Shown: piece by piece, positions 53,854-64,000 of the stretch
Layout: every line of letters begins with the position of its first letter
How positions within the stretch are numbered: the stretch's first letter is position 1
Source of the DNA: Laetmonice hystrix
Taxonomy: Eukaryota
Direction of reading: 5' to 3'
DNA: 64,000 nt
Assembly: GCA_965235115.1 (NCBI GenBank)
Contig: OZ249436.1
Span: 50,284,001 to 50,348,000 of the forward strand
Notes under the pieces: model-generated
Databases searched by the model: none
Seen by the model: the letters and a program-made list of their open reading frames with translations, nothing else
What the model was told of the DNA's origin: nothing
Program-made: the position numbers and the translations under genes

Positions 53854-55719
53854 TGCCGGGATGGCTGAAACAAAGTACAAGACTTGCACACCGGAACTCG
53901 CATACACTTCTTAAATCGTGATTCAAAGGCGACTACTCACAAATATTGTATTATCTGTGGATGAAAAGAAAACCTTTGATGTAACTTTGATTGCATGCAC
54001 TTTGGCAAAAACCACCAAATAACATTCAAATCAGTGATGAAGAACTTTGTGCCAAAGAAAACGTTCAGACCCAGTTATGAAAACAGGACTTATCTGCGAT
54101 GCTGCATCCACGCCTACACCTGGGACTGGATGCTATATTGACCCATTAGCTCGTCTCAAAGACCACCGTAATTTTACAGCCATGCAATCTTTCTGCCATC
54201 AGGAACTATTATGAGGCCACTACATAAATATACTCGCCTTACCTGCCCTATCCCTGAACAGAGTGGCGGGACGATGACTCAGGTGTGGACAGTGCCAGCC
54301 TGGAGGCTATATCTAGTGGGCCCTAGTGTTGTGTGGGTTGGCACGGGCTCACTTAGTCTTTGTTAGCTTTCTTCATCACTAAACACTTCCATCGCCATGG
54401 GTGGTGGTAGCATTCTACTCTACAGGAGACCTATATATTTTGTTTGTAAAAAGGATTCAGGAATTTTGAAAGGTGAAATCTCCGAATGTTCAATTTAAAA
54501 TCATAATAATTGTCTTGGCATGACACACATGATTAGATATACAATATACAATAGCACAGTGGACACTCTGGTTGATCAGTGACATCCCCAACCCAGGGGT
54601 TTTTTTTGGAGAGAGAACTCATGCTGCAGTACGTCCCCTATGTCCCATTCTCTCACCCACTACCTCTGCCTCGGCACACCACCAAAATACATAGTCCCAC
54701 ATAAACAATGCCGTTATGCACTGTGCCCATTTCTCCAGGGCTGCCGTCGGCCAATGAATAAAGTCCTACTCGGGCTGCCTCCGTGGCCCCTGGTGGGGGG
54801 GGGGGGGGGAGTTATGGCAGTGATGGAGTAAGAAACGAAGGGTTGTTACGGTTGACCCCTTGGACATCGTGCAATTCCCGTTGAATCCTCGTAGCTAACT
54901 GGTCCACAACATCTTAACCCCCAGCGGGTCCGTGTCATGTGACTGGTTGAGCTGTCACGTGACCACTGCTGGGTGCACTGCCGGGCCAATCAATATGCTT
55001 CAATCAAAGAACTGAGATTTGACAGAGGGGCCTTACCCCCAGGGAATCGAGGAAACTAGCCAGGCTCAAGTCTGAGTCTGGCCGCAAGGGTAATTTGGGT
55101 GAGGGAACAAAAAATGGACATTTGGAGCGCAACCAACACCCCCAGAGATATGCGACTAATGGGTAGGAAATCAAATCTCTGCCCTCGACTCGTACGTGGC
55201 ATAGACTCACGTTCGGTCAATTTCTGTTTCTATATTCTCCATTTCCGGGACTTCCCCAACATCACAGGGGCCGTCATAAGGAAGTCACTGGACGGGCTGC
55301 TTTTCTCAACCCTGCCTTCATACCGGCTGTGTCCAGAAAACTTCCCTCAAAAATCGACGTTCCTCATCTTTCCATGAACTTTATTAATCTGTACACAGGC
55401 AAGTGTTCAGTTATGGAGCTTTCACACCATTGACAACATGAGAATCCAGCTCAGTCTGTCTGTAGAACACTGGCCCTGTAAATATTCACCCATTCGTACA
55501 GATTGGAAAGAATAACAAGCATCTCTTTATCACAAACTTGGAGCCCTTAATAAAATGTAACTATGTCCATATAATCAATAACATTATGGCTGCACAGCTG
55601 AAGTGTACATATTTCGTGAGGGTAGGGCAGGGTTTTTAAAGAATGAATTATTAGGATCACCTGGGCCTGAAAAATGAGTAGGGATATCCTAGCAAATCCT
55701 GGAATCAATGAAGGCATAT

Positions 55720-55721
<2 letters not shown>

Positions 55722-55774
<53 letters not shown>

Positions 55775-55796
55775 ACCACTGCTGCTGCTGCTGCTA
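55722..55796. repeat. (CTG)n microsatellite with one interruption
   Basis: Directly visible. Confidence 0.97.
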
Positions 55797-56744
55797 CAAG
55801 TTAAGAATTTTGTCTTTGGAGCCCAATAAATCTCCACTCTCGACCTGGCGTGGATTTACTTTGTTTAAAGGACGCCTGCTCTTCTACAGGACATATCTAT
55901 CATCAATGATTCAATAGCTGCTCCATGATGTATGTTTCCGGGTGTCCGAATTTGTTTCCATGCAAATTCAGTGTTCAGAATGGGAGTGGTATGTGTCCGT
56001 CTCTGGTCCCGGGGGAACTGTGCCCTCTCAGACCGGAGCTGTCCTACCACAGACTGTGCAGCTTCCGCTGCCAGCACAGACATCCCATTCTTCTTGCTGT
56101 ATGCTGCTTGCAACCATTAACTCTGATCCCGACGGAGTCAAACACTTGCCAGTCGAAGATCAATACGTCTTTATTTCTCCAATTGTTGCCCTCCTTATTT
56201 CTGCCTGGCCTGCACCCTGTATATATCAGCGGCGGCTCGTTTTACACCACTCGGCCGCCACCCAGGAGGGTAATCTAATTAGGCAACAAGCTGCACAGAT
56301 ACTGGCCCGGTGAGCCCTGCTGAGAAAACCAACTTACATGCAAGCGATACGAAGAGATTTTATGAAGTAATCTTTGCCCGGGAAGAGTACAATGCTCCCT
56401 GCTGCAGTGAGCTGGAGAATTACAAATTGTTTCTCACCCTGGAGCTCTGCAGGCCAGGAAATGAAACGAATGTACCAGAACAGAATATGAGTTACCATTT
56501 CATGTAGCATCAACTGTGAAAAGTCTTCACAAGCATAAATACAAAATATACGGCTAGCGCCAACTATATATAAAAAAAACAGGCATAAGAAAAGGTCACA
56601 AAGATCTCTATCAGGTAGAAATATTACAGCAAATTCTGAAGTAGCGTGTAGGCCTACTAATATTCTTTCTACCGATCTGGAGCTGTGTTATTGACGTCCT
56701 TTCTCCATAATTTCTTCATCTATTCAAGGCTATATGTCAAAATA

Positions 56745-57050
56745 GTGCCTGCAGACCACAGCTAGACTGTACACTTTGGTGCCTACAGACCACAGCTAGA
56801 CTGTACACTTTGGTGCCTACAGACCACAGCTAGACTGTACACTTTGGTGCCTACAGACCACAGCTAGACTGTACACTTTGGTGCCTACAGACCACAGCTA
56901 GACTGTACACTTTGGTGCCTACAGACCACAGCTAGACTGTACACTTTGGTGCCTACAGACCACAGCTAGACTGTACACTTTGGTGCCTACAGACCACAGC
57001 TAGACTGTACACTTTGGTGCCTACAGACCACAGCTAGACTGTACACTTTG
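56745..57050. repeat. Minisatellite, 34-bp unit, 9 nearly identical copies
   Basis: Unit gtgcctacagaccacagctagactgtacactttg. Confidence 0.98.
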
Positions 57051-58293
57051 GAGCAGCACAGGATCAGACAATGGTACCGGTCCATTGTAAAGGGGGCCCA
57101 CTAGCCTTCAACATACCGTTCATAATTAGAGTAGGGCTTCTTTTCCGTATACTTTACCAGTAAGAGAAAGCCTGTGTTGGCACTTGGCAAATGTTATCTG
57201 GATGGGCGCGCATCGCCAGCTATAAATGGTACTGGTGTATTTAGTGATACAAACATTGCTTTTAACAAAACCAACAATCATGAAATATCCTGCCTGATCC
57301 TGATATTAGCTCTCTGATACACTGAAAGGAGGCGGGGTTCCGCATTCCGATGTAGTAAAGAAGAATCTCACCATGGAAAGACGGCGAGACAGATTGAGAG
57401 ACATTAGAATCATACAGTTCCAGTCGACACGGCATCATACGGGTTCTATATCAGGACCATTCAACACGCCTCAATCGGTACACCCACGCATCCCTCCATG
57501 GTATATAATCAACCACTTATAGTCATTTTATTTTATGGACATCCCTCCCACAATGTATATCCTGATCAAACACCAAGTAAATGTTTAGTACACACTGTCC
57601 CAGGTGGGTACCGCATCAGGTAACAAGCCCAAATTCAGCAACAAAAGAACCATGCTTGCGTACTACACATTTTCTGGTCAAAATATTATGAGGTAATGCT
57701 CACTATGGACTTAAGCTTGAAAGCACGGTCGGAGTCAGATACCAGTCTTGTCAAACACCTCTCCGCAACGTGTTTCCTTGACAACGGGATAGCAGAGGCA
57801 AGTGGTTGGACATAGCAGCACGTTTATATGGGTGTTTGTTTACCCTATCATGACCTTACACTAAGTGCATCTCTGCACTGGCAGGTTGTCTGGAGGCTTC
57901 TTGACTCTTTGTGGCCCTAAATATGGGCCCATATCTGGGGCCCACTGACGTCTCTGTACACAACAATCAAACTACCATACGACGCCCGTCATGTCGACTA
58001 CCTGGCCGAGGAGGGCGACAAGGTCCAGAGGAACTGGCCAATCTTGACCTATTTTGTACGATGTTATTGATCCCTTTTTATCCAAACTTGAACCGATGAT
58101 TGAGGTTCAAGATGATGAAGGCGATCCATTATTTCATTCATTAATTCATTATTTTGAAAAACGTTTAAATGAGCACATGATGTTTGAACAGAAATTTTGG
58201 ACAGGGAGACAAAAATTTGAGCTTTTCGAGTTTAAATTACCTGTTTTTGCCGTGAAAATGGCCTAATTTGCCGACACACCAAAAAACAACCAA

Positions 58294-58319
58294 CTCTCTC
58301 TGCCCTCTCTCTCTCACTT

Positions 58320-58353
<34 letters not shown>
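58294..58353. repeat. (CT)n microsatellite
   Basis: Directly visible. Confidence 0.95.
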
Positions 58354-58356
<3 letters not shown>

Positions 58357-61300
58357 GTATAGGCCTAGATGATATGTAAGTACTCCGTCGAAAATGATAA
58401 AGAATGATACTTCCGTATTGAACTGTTTCACCACCTGAACGTGTACGAGTGTTGTTCTGGGTAGAGCTAGCTGCTGTCAAGGCGCAACCTTTGCGTGTCT
58501 GACCACTGCAAGATGCTCCCAACGCGTGCACGGTGCTCCCAACGTGTACACTAATGCTCCTAACGCGTGTTTAATCGTGTGACAGTGCGTGATCATGGCA
58601 CGTACAGGGCACGTCGGGGCGGTGGTTTCTGTAACCTGGTGAAGACGTGCCCCTCGAAGAAGTCGATTAATTAACGGACGGAAGTCTACCATGGCAATCT
58701 GTTAATATCAATCAATTAAAGGTTCCAGGCCATATCACAGAACCACATACCCCAACTACAAAAATACTGCCTACCTCAATCATAATTCAGTTGAACTTTT
58801 AGGTTATTTATTCATTACATAAAATAATATTACTATTGCACAACTCAACAAGACAAATGACTGGAAATTATCAATTTTATTTGCGTGAAAAGCAAGAGGT
58901 GGATCTCTAATGTAGTTTCTAAATATAATCCATGGTCAATAACTGACCAATTAATTATTAACGTGAAGGTTTTTGAGTTCATTTCATGCAAAGGTACAGT
59001 GTGATGCCGATAGGAACGTAATGTTCGTGTCAGTCTCTTTCCCAAGCCCTGCCCTGCTGTAGTCATCACTTTAATGCACAAGTCATTGATGGATTTTAGA
59101 CCAGTCTCCGTCAATGGAACTCACTCCAAAATCTCATCTAAGTTTAGATGTTGGCATCAATCATCAAATCTACAGCCAAACTTATAAAATATTTCAACAA
59201 ATATTTCCTCTATAGTATAAATGAATATTTTTAGTAAAAGAGCCGAACATCCATTAAAAAAAATAATTACGCTATATTTTACAAGACAACGTCTATTTTG
59301 TCAATGTTGACGGAATATTAATATTATTGATACAGAATAAAGACGGGTAAATAATAATAACCAGGGCATCAGGCATTGCCATTCATCAAGGTAAAGCGAT
59401 GATATAATTTTGATAGATGTCACCGCTCCATATTAAAATGTATTAATATTATTCAAATGAATCATTCAGGGGTCACATCAAACCCTCCGATATCTAAATA
59501 CCTATTTTTGCGGACAGTGTCAAGTAAATTGCGACATAAATCAAGGTTTTCGCATAGTTGCCAGCAGTGGAACTTCTAACAACGTAAAAGTTGTCTAAAT
59601 ACAAAAACAAATCAGGCAGGTTGCATCTCCAGACACGTAAGTAATAATCACATGCCGTCTGATCCCATTTTTCTCCCTCTAAGTATATAAAAATAAACAA
59701 ATATGTCCTTCATGGCCACAAAATCGGACATTCTGAATACTTCTTTAGCAGAATCCTGTTGGCTTTCAACGACAGACGCCTTTTATAAGATGGACCACAC
59801 CGCATCCTATTGGCTAATGTTGGTGAGGCGATATCCTATGTTTTGAGTATGTAGACGCATCCAATTACTGAAACTTGGTTATCTGGCCCGCTCATTGACT
59901 ACTCACTGTATGATATCGTCTTACTGTTGTCAATCTTATTACGGCGGCACATTACTGCCATCACACCATAATTACTTCACCACTTTTTGTCTGAAGCATC
60001 CTTTAGCACCTTTCAGCTGCTTCTTCATTTCTCACTGGTTTATATAAGTACAGAACCGAAGTTTGACACGAGTATCGTCACTCAGCTGTCATTCCCCTTC
60101 CACTGTGATGGTCGTAAAACTTACCGAAACTATAACATTATACACAACGTACATACTACGGTAAGTTCGCAGTTTACGTGTCCATTTCGCGCATACAATA
60201 TGGCTCCCGTGATTGAATGTGTTCCACTGACTGTTACAATTGTAGTTGTTTTTTTCAGATTCTCTCATTCAGAGGTATTGGTAGTATAGTTTCCATTTGT
60301 GACTTCAGATATTCGTTATGGCTTCCATTTGTAACTTTGAGCTATTCACCATGCGGATTCCATTTGCCGGTTTTACTTTGAATTCGGAGGAGTATGCGAC
60401 ATTTGCAATTATAGTAATGGTTAGTTTCTCTCGCCAATTCTGTAACTCGTGATATAAATCTTTATTCAAATTACAGGAAACGAGACTACTTTGTGCAAGA
60501 ATACTTTACAACATTTATTATAAATTCGTATGAGGTAAAGACTTATTGAGAATATGAAGAAAGATGAAAAACGTTAATATACCCAGAGAAGATCACTTTC
60601 AGGCCTGTATCAAAGTCACCTAATCACCATCCGTAAAAATATAAATTGCCAATATTCTCTTTTTAAGAAACACGTAATGACATCATTAACGTAAATGCCA
60701 CGGAACACTTGGCTTTCGATGCTGACAAATACCATTTCACAGGTCTTTCTTCTGACAGATATCACGTGCCCTCTTATTAGCAGTAGCCCAAAGGAGGTAA
60801 ACCTAAAACTGTTTCCTTAAAAGTTGAATTAATTCAATAATTTGACCAGTAGTATGTCCGTCCATTCAGCATTTGGCCATTTCACCGACTTGTTCAGTGG
60901 CGAGGGTGTATGACTCGACGAGTGGGACTTGCTCAACCCATAATATTTTCGTGAAATATAAAGGTGAAACCTTCCTGGCTTCTGGATGAGGTCAGAAACT
61001 AACCATGTTCTGGTTAAAATAACGATGTTTGCTATTGATGCGAGGTATTCCAGGTGAAAATACGGAGTTTACAGTCGGATCAACTTCTTGCAGGTTTACG
61101 GTAAACTGACCAATAGCAATCTCCTGCAGGGCGAACCCTATCTGAAATGGCTGCAGCTCCTGTCGCCTTTTGATACAACAGCCAGATATGGTATGATTTG
61201 TTGGAAAGTCCCTCCACCCCATAAATGTATACATCAAAATTCTCACACTTAAATTGCTCCCAGCAAACGTTCCTACTCAGTCATCGTATAGTGGACAGTT

Positions 61301-63882
61301 ATATATGAGGCGACTAGAACCCGTGTCTCAGGACAATAAGATATAATATCCCTGATCTGTGTCGGTTCATTTCAATATAATCAATGGTAGACCGAATGTG
61401 CTAAAACGCCCGTTCTCCCGCCTGGTCATTCCGCAGAAAAGTAGCTTCAAAATAGTACAGGGTGTCCTTTACATATTGAAACATCCTCACGGAAAAACAC
61501 CCAAAAAAACGAAAACAGTGAGCAAAACGGTAAGCATGAGCTTCTGCTCACCCTTGCTCAGCTCAGCTCACCCTTGCTCACGGTGGAAAAGTAAACAAAA
61601 AACCGGCTCCTTGCAACCTCAAGGTTTCCCCTGCACAAATCTTCGTTACCATGATAAACAGTGTCTATATATATAACATGCATTTCTGCCCATGCAATTA
61701 CGGCTCTTAGCAAATACAGAAGGCCTTTGCAGAAACCGATGTGGAAGTAGCCGAAACGTTATTATCTGTTAAGATCGATCTATTTGTCTGCGGAACGGAC
61801 ACGTGAGTTTCTCATTGGAAACTGGGTGATGGAGAATAGAAGTGATGGATAATTGTAGAGGTGTCGCTTAACACTGCTGCTCTCAATCTCCTTGTGTGTT
61901 CATCAAGGACCCTGGCTTGTTCACAACCCGGCTTGATTACCCCCACACGAGGGGTATACTGTAATCCCACACATGGGGTACATTGTAACCTGTCCACTTG
62001 TCTCCATCTTCAGACCAGATCTAACGGAATCAGCCAGCGCTGAGTGCATCTACCTGTGTCCAATCAGTGTCAATAAACCGGGCAGATCTCGGCCAGAGAG
62101 CCGGTGCTGCTTACATAACCCAGGCCTCTTGTGGTGCCGGGCAGGGCGTAATTCAATCATATGATCATTATGTATGTATCCGGCAGGAGGTTTAGAGATC
62201 GCTGGGTCCGCCTTGGATGGCAACGGTTGCAGGCACAATGAGTCCAAACGTCTGGCTGGCTGGGCATGATGTTATCCGGCATTATGTCCGAAGTGACAGC
62301 ATGGTGGTAGACCGCGTATGGTTTATAGCACAAAAATGGCGTAAACGTTAAAATTTAGTTTTGGCCTATCCACGTGGAAAAGGGAACCTAAACTGTGTGA
62401 TGGAATGGTAACGCACAGATACAAGGCTAAGGGAAGGCACCTAGCTCGGACCAAGCCCAAACAAATTTCGTTGATGTTGTACGGGAGAGCCCCTGGGCAG
62501 TTTTTCAGTTTTCGCTGTATTCTGAGACGAAAGAGTTGGACAGAGTGCGTTGGCCAACTTGTCCACGCTTAGTGCCATCACGCTCTGCCTAAGGAATTTA
62601 CTTAAATATTCAGGAATGGTGAAATCTTCCCATCTGGCCATTAAAGGCACTTATCGATCAGGGAGCCGTATAGGTGTGCCTCAGATAACGGTACTGACAG
62701 GGTGCTAAGTGCATGATGTTCTTCCCTGCTCCTCGTGTTCCTTTATCAGAGAAAGTCTGCATGGGGGCGGGGGCCGACCCGGGCGACACAGTCACTCTCA
62801 GTGGTCACTTATATTGTGACGTCAATCATAATGGACGTAGCAGGGCTAAAAGCATAATATTGATCGGCCGATCAAAAATCATATAAACTGCCCTGGCAGA
62901 CCAATCTACAGCACCTTTTTGGTGACTCATGGAGGTTACAAAAACACTGCAAAACTCCTCAGGTCGCGATCGAAAAAAAAAAACGAAAAGGTCACTTTGG
63001 AAATCAATGTATCCATACCACAGAACCACTGAAGAAACTAGGACTACAAAAATAACATTTCCTGTAGGCCTAAATTAAAAAAAATAACTCAGAAACCCAT
63101 GGCCACCCATGTCATTTTTTAAATGTAAACTTGGAGACTGTGACGAAGACATGGCCGACATTTCCCCCCTATTTTTTCAATCGATTCGTAAACAATGAAC
63201 CAATTAAACAGAAACCCAGAACCGCAAGAATATTGTTCAAGTCATAAAAGTCGACAGAAGGTGTACTCGGTGACCCCATCGATTTCTGCCCAAATCAATT
63301 ACACACGCCCCAACCACGCAGCATCCACCAATCACCTCTAGAGGATCAACTCTGGAACAGCACAAAAACTGACACTCGTGTCAAACAGGCGACTTTTTTC
63401 ACGCCGACATCAAAGATCCTTGGCTTCCTTAGCAATATCCCTGATGTTTCAGGGAGATGTGTATAGACATGGGCGGTGGAGGGTGATTTCTCTACCCTAG
63501 TAATCAACGAGTCTGGAGGATCGACCTCCCCAGTTATTATTGTAGAGTTTCTGGTTGAGTGACCCATCCTGGGTACGACTTGCAACCTGAGAACTTGTTC
63601 TTCAATTCTGTCACACCATTCCGAAAAAAAGCAAAAGCAAACAGCCAAACACCATTATCGTAGGTTATGGGAAGAAGTGTGTTTCTAGATACATGAAGTG
63701 AGTTCAATAGAGAGCGGTCCCTTTGGGACATAGCATTCTTATAATCACAGAATCGAGTACAAAATATTGATTATCATACCTCTCTGATCCATCCTCACAA
63801 GTCACAACTTATTTCAGTACATGCTTCCGTCCATCCTTCTAACAGGAAATAACTTGTAACTGGAGATGTACAGTCTGGTGTA

Positions 63883-63960
63883 GCCAGGGCCGTAATTCAT
63901 TGGGGGGGGGGGGGCTAGGGGGCTTAGGGGGCTTAGCCCCCCCCATAATTTTTAGTGTTG
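63883..63960. mobile_element. Possible left end of a MITE (CAGGGCCGTA followed by G/C runs)
   Basis: Same style of terminus and G/C-run interior as the 15889 MITE; no partner TIR within the window. Confidence 0.35.
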
Positions 63961-64000
63961 CCTAATAATTATCCTCCTTTACCAGGGAGAACCTTGGATC

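Noticed and set aside
55547..55917. Poly-Ser and poly-Cys ORFs
   Set aside because: Translations of the (CTG)n microsatellite with no exon context.
58054..58266. Protein-like short ORF (YDVIDPFLSKLEPMIEVQDDEGDPLFHSLIHYFEKRL)
   Set aside because: No recognisable family motif or splice context; it needs a homology search.
60992..61246. Minus-strand ORF ending ATG|gttagt, in phase with the 47501 exon
   Set aside because: No clear acceptor and no resemblance to the expected pre-collagen sequence.
63346..63648. Minus-strand ORF with RIEEQVLRLQ and RKPR as a candidate upstream coiled-coil/furin exon
   Set aside because: No convincing donor before the stop and no recognisable conserved motif. Left unassigned.

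Overview
Eukaryotic (animal, probably invertebrate) genomic DNA. Most of the window is intronic sequence of one minus-strand gene. Seven short GT-AG exons (47423-47501, 23043-23132, 12656-12745, 11243-11296, 8668-8739, 5420-5500, 959-1159) splice in frame into a Cys motif (VFALQEFCSATKEYCPP) followed by 66 uninterrupted Gly-X-Y triplets. This resembles gliomedin/colmedin-type transmembrane collagens. The N-terminal exons were not found and the C-terminal exons lie beyond position 1. The most unusual feature is a 1.37-kb ORF inside an intron on the same strand (14425-13052), encoding a signal peptide and a Ser/Thr/Gly-rich domain with 14-aa repeats. It could be an alternative first exon making a secreted isoform, or a nested gene. 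The introns hold nine minisatellite arrays (four with an optional insert of exactly 5 bp), several non-autonomous DNA transposons (some nested) and an excess of the palindrome TAGGCCTA. No rRNA, convincing tRNA, CRISPR array or intact transposase/RT ORF was seen. Family assignments rest on recalled motifs, not database searches.
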